A stretch of DNA of 64,000 nt. It comes from a virus. Taxonomy: Duplodnaviria; Caudoviricetes. The notes below the pieces were generated by a model. That model saw only the letters and a program-made list of their open reading frames with translations, made no database searches and was not told the origin of the DNA. The stretch lies in IMG/VR virus record IMGVR_UViG_3300033073_001448, positions 1-64,000 of that record; one strand, 5' to 3'. The position numbers and the translations under genes were made by a program. Position 1 is the stretch's first letter; the number at the start of each line of letters is the position of its first letter. Shown here piece by piece: positions 30,335 to 40,058 of this stretch.

Positions 30335-30562
30335 TTAGGCTTGGTCTACAAACTTTTTCAGTTCTTCAGCCTTGACCACAATTTCTGTGCTAGACGGAAA
30401 ATCTGGTAAGGTTGGGAAAGGTAGCGTACCACGGTTAGCTTCGGTTAGCTTGGAATGATATTCCTGTAACTTGGCATCGCGAGTTTGGTAGATTGGCTCC
30501 CAGAGTGAATCTTTGGCCAATTTGAGAAGTTCGAGACGGATCTCGTAAGGTGTTTTGCTCAT
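30335..30562 (-). CDS. conserved phage hypothetical protein
   Basis: KTPYEIRLELLKLAKD...P...EIV.KAEEL..FV; AGGAG SD. Confidence 0.8.
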   Translation of the reverse strand: MSKTPYEIRLELLKLAKDSLWEPIYQTRDAKLQEYHSKLTEANRGTLPFPTLPDFPSSTEIVVKAEELKKFVDQA

Positions 30563-30634
30563 GTTTTTCTCCTGTGTGTAATGTGTGTTATCAAGTCCCG
30601 CCCCTTGCAGGACAAGATTGCTACACGAGCATGT

Positions 30635-31066
30635 TTACTTATAGATGTAATTGACGGTGTCAGAATTTTCGCGGTAGACGCCAGCACCGTTTTTTAAGTG
30701 GAAACGTCGGGCCATCTCGGTCTTGGGACTGAGGGTAACATAGGTTTGTACACCAGGAAATTCTTCTTTAATACTTTTTTGAGCTTCAATGATCAAGTCG
30801 CGCCCCGCACCTGCGGCGTACGACCAAATGGTATAAAATACTGCTGTTGTGGCACTACCGATACCTTCCACTAACTCGTCTACCGCCGCAGGAACAGTGT
30901 CTAGGAACTTCACACATGTCACTGCCTGCGGTTTGTCTCCGTCTTTGAGCATGTAGATACGTGAGTTGGAATTGACACGTCGAGTCAATGGTATTTCAGG
31001 ACGCACTGGATCGTCTTTGACAATAAAATCTAGTTCTTCGGTAATGGTGGTTATGATGTTTAACAT
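30635..31066 (-). CDS. conserved phage hypothetical protein (GNAT-like)
   Basis: DDPVRP, FYTIWSY..GAG, VTLSPKTEMARRFHLKNGA; TATAAATA upstream. Confidence 0.75.
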   Translation of the reverse strand: MLNIITTITEELDFIVKDDPVRPEIPLTRRVNSNSRIYMLKDGDKPQAVTCVKFLDTVPAAVDELVEGIGSATTAVFYTIWSYAAGAGRDLIIEAQKSIKEEFPGVQTYVTLSPKTEMARRFHLKNGAGVYRENSDTVNYIYK

Positions 31067-31129
31067 AGTACGCTCTTTATGTTAATCGTATTTATATCTA
31101 CTCACAGAAAACTGCTACTATATAAATTT

Positions 31130-32134
31130 ATGGAATATACTGGTGCGTATCAAGCTCTCAAATCATTTGTTGCTGACCAAGTTGATTTGAATTGGTTCCT
31201 TGACTGCATACACAATTATAACTTTTTAGAATCCAACAAGTCAACGGCCTATGACTTTTTAAAACAAAATGGTATCCCAATTCCTGAATCACAAAAATTC
31301 AACGATCTGCAACAACTTCGCAAGCTCTTGCAACAGCCCGTACCTTACGTAGTCAAATTTGATACTGCTATAACTTTGGGTATACAGACCGTGGTAGTAC
31401 ACACATCCAAAGACGCTATGTCAGTTTTGCTCACAGCAGATAAACTCAAAGTCACAACTGGGCTGGTTCAACGCTTTGTTTCTGGTTATGAATTTACTGT
31501 AACAGTGCTGGTAGGTGCTCATAATTGGGTGCAAATTGGCACTGCCCAAGACTACAAAAAACAGTTTGAAAATAACCAAGGTGCCAATACATTTGGCATG
31601 GGCAGTTTGTCACCAGCCCCACATACTCACAGTCAAGCAGACCTTTGGATTAACAACATAGTGCAACTGCTACGCCAGCACCATGATTATCGGGGATTTT
31701 TGAGTTGTCAGTTTATTGCCAACACCAATGGGATTTGGTTATTGGAATATAACACACGGTTCTGCGACCCAGAATTGCAGAGCATGTTAGAACTGTTGGA
31801 CCAATCTTTTGTACAGAGTTTAACACAATGTCAACAGAACAATTTTATGCAGGCACCTGTGATTGATATGTCTAAACGTGCAGTAACCGTCAGTTTGGTG
31901 CACCAAGACTGGCCCAAATACGTCAATGGTCAAACCCTGGATCTTCAATCAGACCAATACCGACTGTGGCGTAACCAACATACCAACTGTGTGTGGTGGG
32001 GTACAGTGACCAATGCTGGAAATCAGTCATACCAACAGTTGGCTGATCAATTGTACCAATGGCTCAGAACACAATCTCTTGGACCATTTAGATATCGAAC
32101 CGACATTGGGAGGGTTTATCCCCAAACTTCGTGA
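31130..32134 (+). CDS. ATP-grasp protein (PurD/GAR synthetase-like)
   Basis: LESNK, YVVK, GYEF, QDYKK, GANTFGMG, LEYNTRFCDPE. Confidence 0.8.
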   Translation: MEYTGAYQALKSFVADQVDLNWFLDCIHNYNFLESNKSTAYDFLKQNGIPIPESQKFNDLQQLRKLLQQPVPYVVKFDTAITLGIQTVVVHTSKDAMSVLLTADKLKVTTGLVQRFVSGYEFTVTVLVGAHNWVQIGTAQDYKKQFENNQGANTFGMGSLSPAPHTHSQADLWINNIVQLLRQHHDYRGFLSCQFIANTNGIWLLEYNTRFCDPELQSMLELLDQSFVQSLTQCQQNNFMQAPVIDMSKRAVTVSLVHQDWPKYVNGQTLDLQSDQYRLWRNQHTNCVWWGTVTNAGNQSYQQLADQLYQWLRTQSLGPFRYRTDIGRVYPQTS

Positions 32135-32427
32135 TACTTTTTCATAGCCAACATGCGAGCCAGCATTAGCCTAAATTTAGCATGATCCGATATGTCCACT
32201 TCTAATCGATCTGGCTGCCAACGGTATCTACGTTGAGGTAACACGTCTTCGTCGTCTACGGTGGTCAAGGGATCAGTTTTCAGCAATCTGATTGAAGTAA
32301 ATCTAAACGGATGGCTTCGGAACAGTTTGACTTTTTTTACAATCACAGTTTTTTGAGCCGGCTGCGGAACAGAGGCAAAGGTTGGGGTTGAAAGTCCAAT
32401 AATCAGTGATGCAATCAAGGTCTTCAT
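32116..32427 (-). CDS. hypothetical protein with signal peptide
   Basis: MKTLIASL...TFA. Confidence 0.6.
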   Translation of the reverse strand: MKTLIASLIIGLSTPTFASVPQPAQKTVIVKKVKLFRSHPFRFTSIRLLKTDPLTTVDDEDVLPQRRYRWQPDRLEVDISDHAKFRLMLARMLAMKKYHEVWG

Positions 32428-32565
32428 AATAATATAACGCCTTTGGTACTATTTAGGCTGACACAAAAAGAGTAGTTTGTCCAAAACACTTGTTTTTTAC
32501 TAGAGCGATGTAATACAATAGAAAAATGCTGTAACGCAACAGCACCATCTATATAGGAGATCAAT

Positions 32566-32832
32566 ATGCGTTTTAATGAAGACACCAAGACCTACAAATT
32601 GTTCAACGCCCTGCGCAATGGCGATGCAATTACCCCTGCTGCCGCTGAAAAGCGTTTTGGCATTAAGAACATCAGCGCCGAAGCCAGTCGCATTCGTCAG
32701 GCTGGCTTTGCTGTGTATGCTAACCAGCGTACCGCAGGCAATGGCGTTCAGGTCACTGAGTATGTTTTAGGCAAGCCTAGCCGCAAGATTGTGGCCGCTG
32801 GTTACAAGGCCATGGCACTTGGTTTGGTCTAA
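32566..32832 (+). CDS. putative winged helix-turn-helix DNA-binding protein
   Basis: AGGAG SD; ITPAAAEKRFGIKNISAEASRIRQAG..VY. Confidence 0.65.
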   Translation: MRFNEDTKTYKLFNALRNGDAITPAAAEKRFGIKNISAEASRIRQAGFAVYANQRTAGNGVQVTEYVLGKPSRKIVAAGYKAMALGLV

Positions 32833-32853
32833 GTAGACCTGGTAGGACGTAGT

Positions 32854-32878
32854 AACCCGCCCCAATGGCGGGTTTCTC
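32854..32878 (+). terminator. intrinsic terminator
   Basis: AACCCGCC-CCAAT-GGCGGGTTTCTCTT. Confidence 0.75.
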
Positions 32879-32907
32879 TTGACCAAAAAATCAATTTAGG
32901 TTATAAT
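32879..32907 (+). promoter_or_regulatory. sigma70 promoter, leaderless start
   Basis: TTGACC-17-TATAAT, ATG 6 nt downstream. Confidence 0.8.
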
Positions 32908-32913
32908 TAGGGC

Positions 32914-34188
32914 ATGAAGTATATCTCTGCTCTTGTTACAACTTTGGTATTAACTGCCTGTGGTGGCGGGGGCGGGGCCTCTAGCGGATCAAACGGTCCT
33001 GCGTTAGCCGGCTTGGCCTACTCTAATGTTGGTGCAGTTTTGGTGCCAGGAAAATTCGGGCCCGACCAAAGCCAGTATGTAATATCTTCTTCGATTAGAT
33101 ATCTAGGCAACGGTCAAACTGAGCCAGGCCCGGTAAAAGTTTTCAAATTGGCTAGTACTGGATTGTTGACAGATCAAACTGTGGAAATTCTAGGTGGTGC
33201 TGTTTCAGCATTTACCAACGTGCCCATAGTAACTGATTTCAATCATGACGGCATCGACGACATATTTTTACCAGGATTCACTGACACCCAGGATCTTGTG
33301 GGCAGTATTGCATTTATCAGTCGCAGTGGACAAAGTCATATCAAAGTAACTCTTCCTGATCCAGTTTGGGCGCATGGTGCAGCCGCAGTTGACATCAATA
33401 ATGATGGACATACAGATGTGATCAGTAGCCAAGGTCATGCATGGATCAATGATGGACAAGGTAACTTTAATTTTCGTGCTCACAGTTATAATGATGTTCC
33501 TGGATTATGGATGCATGGATCAGGCGTGTGCGCCGGTGACTTTAATAACACAGGACGTCCACAATTGGTTTTTACTGACTTGAACAATGATGGAAACAAA
33601 GCCCCTATTGCCGACACAGTGATTTTTGAAATTGACCATCAAGGGTTACCTACAGTACAACACACTCTTCCTGTGCCCATTCTAGACAGGGTCACCGCCA
33701 CTGAAACCAGTCATGATGTGGCATGCAAGGTTGCAGATTTAAACAATGATGGACTGCTAGACATTGTGGTATTGAGTCGTCCTTGGGCCTCGACTGGCCA
33801 GTCGTGGTCCAATCAAGGTCAGGCTCAAATCTTAATAAACCGTGGAAATTGGCAATTTGATGATGTTACAGATACTGCTTTAGCAGGATTTAATACCAAT
33901 GTGCTGATTAGTTATGCTCCATTGGTGCTCGACCTAAACGGAGACGGCAAACTTGATCTGTGGTTTGGATATTTTGATTATGACACTGGACAAGCCAATC
34001 AAGTGTTTTTAAACAACGGTAGTGGTATTTTTACCAAGGTGGCGTCGGACATGGTCAATGGGTTTGTGGCCTCTGGCGGAATGATTCCTGTAGCAGTTAA
34101 CAACCGATGGGCATTGGTATACGCTAAAATGAATACATCAAACAAAACCACAACCTTTTATGTCACTGAATCAATCTATAACTTTTAG
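32914..34188 (+). CDS. FG-GAP/VCBS repeat lipoprotein
   Basis: Lipobox LTAC-GGGGG; repeats DFNHDGIDD, DINNDGHTD, DLNNDGLLD, DLNGDGKLD. Confidence 0.88.
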   Translation: MKYISALVTTLVLTACGGGGGASSGSNGPALAGLAYSNVGAVLVPGKFGPDQSQYVISSSIRYLGNGQTEPGPVKVFKLASTGLLTDQTVEILGGAVSAFTNVPIVTDFNHDGIDDIFLPGFTDTQDLVGSIAFISRSGQSHIKVTLPDPVWAHGAAAVDINNDGHTDVISSQGHAWINDGQGNFNFRAHSYNDVPGLWMHGSGVCAGDFNNTGRPQLVFTDLNNDGNKAPIADTVIFEIDHQGLPTVQHTLPVPILDRVTATETSHDVACKVADLNNDGLLDIVVLSRPWASTGQSWSNQGQAQILINRGNWQFDDVTDTALAGFNTNVLISYAPLVLDLNGDGKLDLWFGYFDYDTGQANQVFLNNGSGIFTKVASDMVNGFVASGGMIPVAVNNRWALVYAKMNTSNKTTTFYVTESIYNF

Positions 34189-34191
34189 AGC

Positions 34192-34220
34192 TTGACTTCA
34201 AAATAAAATCTGTGTATAAT
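34192..34220 (+). promoter_or_regulatory. sigma70 promoter
   Basis: TTGACT-17-TATAAT. Confidence 0.75.
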
Positions 34221-34240
34221 ACAACAGTAAAGGAGTTATT

Positions 34241-34696
34241 ATGTTTCTCAAATTGCTAGAGCGTTTGGGCCGTAAACGCATTGTGTACGATCGAATCGAT
34301 GATCAACCTTACTTGGAACGCTACTATCTGTTTTTGAAAGACAGAGACAACTTTCCGTTTAACATTTTCCTGCACAAGTTTTTAAAGTCAGACATTGATG
34401 ACTTGCATGATCATCCTTGGCCTTACTTCACATTGATTCTGCGTGGTGGGTACTGGGAATGGGTACCGCAGTTCAATGCAGAAGGCAAGAAGGTTGGTGA
34501 AATTGCCAAATGGCGTGCTCCTGGACACTTCCGTTTTTGCAGTGCAGAAACATATCACAGAATTGAATTGGATCCAGGCATCACTGCTTGGACCTTGTTC
34601 ATACCTGGACCTAAAAAACGTGACTGGGGATTTTTAGTTAAAAACAAATGGGTACAATGGGAACAGTACCTAAAGAATAGAAAGGCACAAGTATGA
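34241..34696 (+). CDS. cupin-fold protein
   Basis: LHDHPW, GGYWE, YHRIEL, WTLF. Confidence 0.8.
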   Translation: MFLKLLERLGRKRIVYDRIDDQPYLERYYLFLKDRDNFPFNIFLHKFLKSDIDDLHDHPWPYFTLILRGGYWEWVPQFNAEGKKVGEIAKWRAPGHFRFCSAETYHRIELDPGITAWTLFIPGPKKRDWGFLVKNKWVQWEQYLKNRKAQV

Positions 34697-34977
34697 AGTG
34701 GTTAGGGCGCTGGTTATTCAAAATCATTAAACGTAGTCAGGAAGAAGAGCGAATGACAGCAGATGTTCCGGTGGCTAGCATCAGCAAAAGTCGAGATGTG
34801 GATGGTGAAGAAGATCTCAACATCACAATTCGAAAAGCCATTGGCGGACGTATTGTGAGTTTTCGCCTGTATGATCGCAAGTCCGATCGTCACTTATGGA
34901 AAACTTATGTGATCCATGATGAACTAGATTTTGAACGTGAACTAGGCAAGATCATCACTTTAGAATCACTGCGTTAA
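34693..34977 (+). CDS. hypothetical protein
   Basis: ATGA coupling. Confidence 0.7.
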   Translation: MKWLGRWLFKIIKRSQEEERMTADVPVASISKSRDVDGEEDLNITIRKAIGGRIVSFRLYDRKSDRHLWKTYVIHDELDFERELGKIITLESLR

Positions 34978-34986
34978 ATAATTGCT

Positions 34987-35367
34987 ATGGAACTGATTGA
35001 CTACATTGTTGATTTATTGTTTTGGATCATTGTATGGTCTGTGGTTTTTCGCTTGTTGTTCGCCTGGTTAGAACGCAGATTGGCACAACGACTAGAACGA
35101 GAAGTTGGCCCGATCATACGTGATTTAGATTCTGGACAACTGATTCCACTCACAGTAGAGTTGCACGATAATCAGTTTTTGTGCTATAATAGTCTTACAG
35201 ATGATTTTGTATGCCAAGGCCACACCCTGACTGAAATAGCACAGAGATTCAATCAACGCTATCCAGGACGCAGGGCCACAATACATCGTGGAGATTCGGA
35301 TGCCATAAGCAAACTCCGACAACAAATACAAGATGGTGTAGATAACATCACCTTGCCCGCAGGTTAA
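34987..35367 (+). CDS. membrane-anchored hypothetical protein
   Basis: N-terminal TM; TAAATA 6 nt upstream. Confidence 0.7.
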   Translation: MELIDYIVDLLFWIIVWSVVFRLLFAWLERRLAQRLEREVGPIIRDLDSGQLIPLTVELHDNQFLCYNSLTDDFVCQGHTLTEIAQRFNQRYPGRRATIHRGDSDAISKLRQQIQDGVDNITLPAG

Positions 35368-35371
35368 TATT

Positions 35372-36259
35372 ATGAAAATTTCAATTGCCTCCGACATCCA
35401 TTTGGAGTTCGGAGATTTAAACATTCAAAACACAGACTCCGCAGATGTGCTAATTCTCAGCGGCGACATCTGTGTGGCCGCTGACCTTGGGCGTCCTGAT
35501 CCGCACAACATCATGGAAGGTGCTCGTAGCAACCGCATTGTGGATTTCTTCCGTCGATGCAGTTTTCAGTTTCCGCATGTGATTTATATCCTGGGCAACC
35601 ATGAACACTATCATGGCGACTTTGCCACCACTGGTGCCAAGATCCAAGACATGTTGAACTACAACTGCTTGAGCAATGTTTACCTGCTGGAAAAGCAAAT
35701 CCGAGTAATCGATGACATTACATTCATTGGTGGTACACTGTGGACTGATATGAACAACGGTGATCAACTCACGCTGTATCACATGCGTTCAATGATGAAC
35801 GACTTTCGCTGTGTGGAAAACTCTGCCAAGGTTGTACATTACAAAGCATATGAGCAGATACACGGGGTAGACAATCGCGAAAAACCTATCTTCAAGACCC
35901 GAACTGCAAAGTTTTCGCCAGAGGATGCTTTTGAAGATCATGTTCAAATGAAAGGCTACATTCAGCACATCATTGAAGGCAAATTTGATCAAAAGTTTGT
36001 GGTTGTGGGACACCATGCACCCAGCAGGCTCAGCACACATCCACGCTATGCTGATCAAACCATCATGAACGGCGGCTACAGTTCTAGCCTGGATGAATTC
36101 ATCCAGGATCACCCGCAGATCAAGCTGTGGACACACGGTCACACGCATGAAGATTTTGACTACATGATTGGTTCTACTCGTATTGTTTGTAACCCCAGGG
36201 GGTATATAAACTATGAATCGAGGGCCGACCAATGGACTTTAAAGACCGTGGACATATGA
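35372..36259 (+). CDS. calcineurin-like metallophosphoesterase
   Basis: SDIHLE, SGDI, GNHEHY, HHAP, HGHTH, NPRGY. Confidence 0.92.
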   Translation: MKISIASDIHLEFGDLNIQNTDSADVLILSGDICVAADLGRPDPHNIMEGARSNRIVDFFRRCSFQFPHVIYILGNHEHYHGDFATTGAKIQDMLNYNCLSNVYLLEKQIRVIDDITFIGGTLWTDMNNGDQLTLYHMRSMMNDFRCVENSAKVVHYKAYEQIHGVDNREKPIFKTRTAKFSPEDAFEDHVQMKGYIQHIIEGKFDQKFVVVGHHAPSRLSTHPRYADQTIMNGGYSSSLDEFIQDHPQIKLWTHGHTHEDFDYMIGSTRIVCNPRGYINYESRADQWTLKTVDI

Positions 36260-36438
36260 AAACTTGGACAGAAACAGTTCAAAAGGATGAACAAGGAGAC
36301 TTGTTCATCCAACTAGCCCCAGAGTTGCTGGCCGAAGTAGGCTGGAACCCTGGAGATACATTACAGTGGGTAGACCGAGGAGACGGCACATGGGAACTAA
36401 GGAAGAAAAGCCCGCCATCGGAGAGCGCGGATTCTTGA
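36256..36438 (+). CDS. AbrB/MazE-like DNA-binding protein
   Basis: GDLFIQL.PELL.EVGW.PGD.L.W. Confidence 0.7.
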   Translation: MKTWTETVQKDEQGDLFIQLAPELLAEVGWNPGDTLQWVDRGDGTWELRKKSPPSESADS

Positions 36439-36620
36439 TTCGCGGCATTGATGATCAGGTTTGGTTTAGAATCTATCATCCAGACAAAAGTTTCACTGAT
36501 TACGAACTTACGCACCACGATTGTGAAATTGTGATCATTGATAAATCGGCGGCACTGATTCACAACGATGCTGGGGACTTTTTAGACTACACAGATGACA
36601 GCATGAGAATTGTCAAATGA
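36390..36620 (+). CDS. hypothetical protein
   Basis: GAGGAG SD. Confidence 0.6.
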   Translation: MGTKEEKPAIGERGFLIRGIDDQVWFRIYHPDKSFTDYELTHHDCEIVIIDKSAALIHNDAGDFLDYTDDSMRIVK

Positions 36621-36811
36621 AAACCATAACATTGACACGAAAGCAAATTGAGCAACTTGCGCTAGTATTAGCACTGAAAGACAGCATACGAAGTGTTTCA
36701 ATACATGAAGGCAGTAAGTCTGGCATTGGACACAGCCACGAGGCTGTGTATCACAATGAGCGAATGGAACTTGATTTTCGTGCAGACATAACAGATGTGG
36801 ATACGTGGTAA
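36617..36811 (+). CDS. hypothetical protein
   Basis: Coupled ORF. Confidence 0.65.
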   Translation: MKTITLTRKQIEQLALVLALKDSIRSVSIHEGSKSGIGHSHEAVYHNERMELDFRADITDVDTW

Positions 36812-37440
36812 TGAAAGTTTATATCTCTAATTATCGAGACCATTGGCTCAGCCCTTACACTATCATTAAGCGAGTGTGTTTTTGGCGTGTGTTGACCACA
36901 GGCAAAGACGACGAGGATTCCTGGCAAGATGAACCTTGGGCCGAGCGTTGGTCAGATCGTCTTGAGCCATGGTGTATACGGTTACAAAAACTTTTGGATT
37001 GGATTCATCCGCCCGTTCGTTATGTCAAGATTGATCACTATGACACATGGAGCATGGATCATACACTGGCCCACATCATCTTGCCCATGCTTCGCCAACT
37101 CAAGGCAACCAAGCACGGGTCACCGCTCACTGATTTAGAAGATGTGCCTGAGCACCTACATCCCAAGGTTCCAGCATCAGCAGCCAACAATTTTGACGAT
37201 GAAACTGTACATGAACGTTGGAACTGGGTCATGGACGAAATAATTTGGGCATTCGAACAAGAACTCATGGACGATGACGAATCCAAATTTTTTGATCACT
37301 CTGCTGTTGATAAAACCGCTAACTTTCAAACTCAGATGAATCAAATCAAAATGGATAGCGAAGGATTGCGAGCACATCAGGCTCGCAAGACCAATGGTTT
37401 TAGACTCTTTGGAAAGTACTATCAAGGACTTTGGGACTGA
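36811..37440 (+). CDS. conserved phage hypothetical protein
   Basis: DTWSMDHTLA.II.P.L..LK, G..LFGKYY..LWD. Confidence 0.8.
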   Translation: MKVYISNYRDHWLSPYTIIKRVCFWRVLTTGKDDEDSWQDEPWAERWSDRLEPWCIRLQKLLDWIHPPVRYVKIDHYDTWSMDHTLAHIILPMLRQLKATKHGSPLTDLEDVPEHLHPKVPASAANNFDDETVHERWNWVMDEIIWAFEQELMDDDESKFFDHSAVDKTANFQTQMNQIKMDSEGLRAHQARKTNGFRLFGKYYQGLWD

Positions 37441-37441
37441 C

Positions 37442-38152
37442 ATGAACACTATGATCGCGAATATGAAAGAACTTTCAACCTTTGACGACTTTGATTGGTT
37501 AGACTCTACATCCAAACGGCCGCCACGTGAAATTGCATTTTCGGATGATCCAGTGGCTTTGGCAGTGGCCAGTCATCGACTGTGGATCGAAGGTGGCCCG
37601 CGCTGGTGCGAACTGGACAAAATGAAGCCTACAGATCAAGATCGTACCACTGCACAACAACTGCGCGGTTACTATCGACAGCGCATGGTCATGGAAAAAC
37701 TCAAACAAACCACTGGGGTAGAAACCAGCAGTTTTAGAAAAAAACTGGGACAGTTGGTCACTGATCAACTCTGCATTACCTCAGACGAAGTTGGTATGCT
37801 GATGCGATTGCCGTATTTTTACGCCGAGGATCAAGCAGTGGATCAGGTCATGTCTAATACCGAGTCAGCACAGTTACATCTACGGGGCCAACCCTATACC
37901 GGTGAGTTCACTTTGGTTCAGCGTGTGTTGCGTAGCCGCCGTAGTGGTGAGTATTATGATTATTGGCTTACTGACGGTGCAAGCCCAACTGCTCACAGGT
38001 TTGTCATGAAAACTGACAATCCTTTGCGTCAATTCATGGAAACTTACATGGATCAAAAATTCCAGGCTCGGGTGTTGATCTACACACAGCCCATGCGCGG
38101 TTTTTGGCGCGGCCGAAATGTGTATCAGGTGGCGTTCGTTGGGGTAGCATAA
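37442..38152 (+). CDS. hypothetical protein
   Basis: Long ORF in operon. Confidence 0.7.
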   Translation: MNTMIANMKELSTFDDFDWLDSTSKRPPREIAFSDDPVALAVASHRLWIEGGPRWCELDKMKPTDQDRTTAQQLRGYYRQRMVMEKLKQTTGVETSSFRKKLGQLVTDQLCITSDEVGMLMRLPYFYAEDQAVDQVMSNTESAQLHLRGQPYTGEFTLVQRVLRSRRSGEYYDYWLTDGASPTAHRFVMKTDNPLRQFMETYMDQKFQARVLIYTQPMRGFWRGRNVYQVAFVGVA

Positions 38153-38370
38153 TGCATCCTGTGGTAGTTCTGCACGTCAACGCTGTGAGAGCTTTGGAAC
38201 TACGAGATCAAGTTTTGAGTCATGGATTAATACAAGATCGAGATTTTGTCTGGGAGTACACACAGGCCTCTTATGACAATGATGGGTATACCGCAGTAAC
38301 TCCGCGTCAAGTCAAGTTTAAATTTGTGGATCCAGCCATGGCCACATTTTTCAATCTTAAATGGAGGTAA
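38152..38370 (+). CDS. FxL(R/K)W family small protein
   Basis: FKFVDPAMATFFNLKWR. Confidence 0.75.
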   Translation: MHPVVVLHVNAVRALELRDQVLSHGLIQDRDFVWEYTQASYDNDGYTAVTPRQVKFKFVDPAMATFFNLKWR

Positions 38371-38377
38371 GTAGAAG

Positions 38378-39178
38378 ATGTCAAAGATACTTGCTATTTT
38401 ACTGTTTGTCATGGCTTTTTCAACACAGGCGCATGAAAGCATTTTGGTCTACAACGTATCACAAAATGTTATAGAAATGCAACGCAACGCCGATGCTATT
38501 CGTCCTATTGCATCAATCACTAAACTTATGACTGCTATCACTACTTTGGACTGGGACAAAGACCTAAGTCGTAAATTGTTATTGAGTGGTCGAGCCGGTA
38601 GCCATTTACCTCGTCAATCTTACAATCGCTATCAACTGTTGATGGCCATGCTGATTCGTTCAGACAATGCTGCCGCTGAAACATTGGCTGAAGATTATCC
38701 CGGCGGACGAGAAGCATTTATTGAGACTATGAATCGCAAAGCCAAAGACTGGGGCATGACTCACACTCATTTTGCCGACGCATCAGGACTCAGTGCCAGC
38801 AATGTTTCAACTGCACGAGATGTTATGAATTTAGTTGAAACTGCTTCGGGTTATTGGCTTATACAAGAAGCAAGCAAGCAGAAACAAATTGCACTGGAAA
38901 CCAAAGCAAAGAAAAAAGTCAGAACTATCGGACTGTCACATACTTCGGGACCGTTATTGTTTGTGTTTGATCAAGTCACTGTGAGCAAGACTGGACTTAC
39001 TTCGGCAGCAGGTTGGTGTGTAGGAATGATGGCCCAACAAAACGGGCAGTCGTACATTGTTGTGGTTTTGGGATCCAAAACCAAACAACAACGATTTGAC
39101 ACAGTCAAAGACATACGATATAATCATTTCACTGATAAAAATTTATTCGATACACCATTACCTAATAATTATAGATAA
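38378..39178 (+). CDS. peptidase S11 (D-Ala-D-Ala carboxy/endopeptidase, PbpG-like)
   Basis: Signal peptide, SITK (SxxK), SDN, KTG. Confidence 0.9.
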   Translation: MSKILAILLFVMAFSTQAHESILVYNVSQNVIEMQRNADAIRPIASITKLMTAITTLDWDKDLSRKLLLSGRAGSHLPRQSYNRYQLLMAMLIRSDNAAAETLAEDYPGGREAFIETMNRKAKDWGMTHTHFADASGLSASNVSTARDVMNLVETASGYWLIQEASKQKQIALETKAKKKVRTIGLSHTSGPLLFVFDQVTVSKTGLTSAAGWCVGMMAQQNGQSYIVVVLGSKTKQQRFDTVKDIRYNHFTDKNLFDTPLPNNYR

Positions 39179-39408
39179 TGCAACTCGAATCATATCAGAT
39201 TAGAGACAAAGAATCCTTTGCTTACGCCAAAGAAATTGCTAAACCTTTTGGTCAATTAGATGTAATTATTGATTGGTGCAGAACGGAACTTTCTGGTGAG
39301 TGGCGCTGGCAGTTGATCCGCACATCCACAGACCGCGAACCTGGCCGCTACATTTTTTACTTTGACTCTGACCGTGATTGCTGTGCGTTTACATTGAAGT
39401 GGCAGTAA
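39178..39408 (+). CDS. FxL(R/K)W family small protein
   Basis: IDWCR...FYFDSDRDCCAFTLKWQ. Confidence 0.8.
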   Translation: MQLESYQIRDKESFAYAKEIAKPFGQLDVIIDWCRTELSGEWRWQLIRTSTDREPGRYIFYFDSDRDCCAFTLKWQ

Positions 39409-39450
39409 TACTTTTTACTACTTGACACAAAATCGCGTATCCTTTACAAT
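39405..39450 (+). promoter_or_regulatory. GTAATAC site + sigma70 promoter
   Basis: GTAATAC, TTGACA-17-TACAAT. Confidence 0.7.
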
Positions 39451-39477
39451 AAGGTTATTGTATAGCAAAGGATTGCC

Positions 39478-39708
39478 GTGGAAATCAACATTGAACATCT
39501 CACCACAGAGCAGAAAGAAATGCTGGACTTTATGTGGAATGAACTTGAAGACCTCGAAGACTATGAACGCTGGTTTGAGTGTTTGAGCACAGAGCAACAA
39601 GAGCAGGCTGTGGTACTGCAACGCCTTATCATCTTGGAAATGATGGAAGAGTTGCTAGAAGATACCACAGTAGCCAACAACTACCTTAAAAAATTTCAAC
39701 TGCAATGA
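39478..39708 (+). CDS. acidic hypothetical protein
   Basis: AAGGA SD, GTG start. Confidence 0.7.
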   Translation: MEINIEHLTTEQKEMLDFMWNELEDLEDYERWFECLSTEQQEQAVVLQRLIILEMMEELLEDTTVANNYLKKFQLQ

Positions 39709-40058
39709 GTTCAGGACAAGACGCCGAGGATCCTCGGCCACAACAGTTTGCTATAATGTGGGACTGTCATGGTCTTGAAGCTGTGGCTCGAGTACCTAAT
39801 CCTGCTGACACTACCTTTGCACTGCTCAAAGGTACTAAACCCCCCAAACCGCCCAACATCTTGCATTGGCAACTGCGAGCAAGATATAACCCCCAGCGTC
39901 ATTACGAAATTTATATCATCACTGCCACACCGGGCATTAGCGAAGATGATATTCTCAAAATGTTTGATACCAACCCACAAGTGGCCGCTGACACTATTCG
40001 GCGTATCGGTCACTGTTTCTACAGTGATCGCGAAACCAAAGAAAGAGTAATTACTTGA
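39705..40058 (+). CDS. conserved phage hypothetical protein
   Basis: MWDC.GLE, LRARYNPQRHYEIY. Confidence 0.75.
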   Translation: MSSGQDAEDPRPQQFAIMWDCHGLEAVARVPNPADTTFALLKGTKPPKPPNILHWQLRARYNPQRHYEIYIITATPGISEDDILKMFDTNPQVAADTIRRIGHCFYSDRETKERVIT

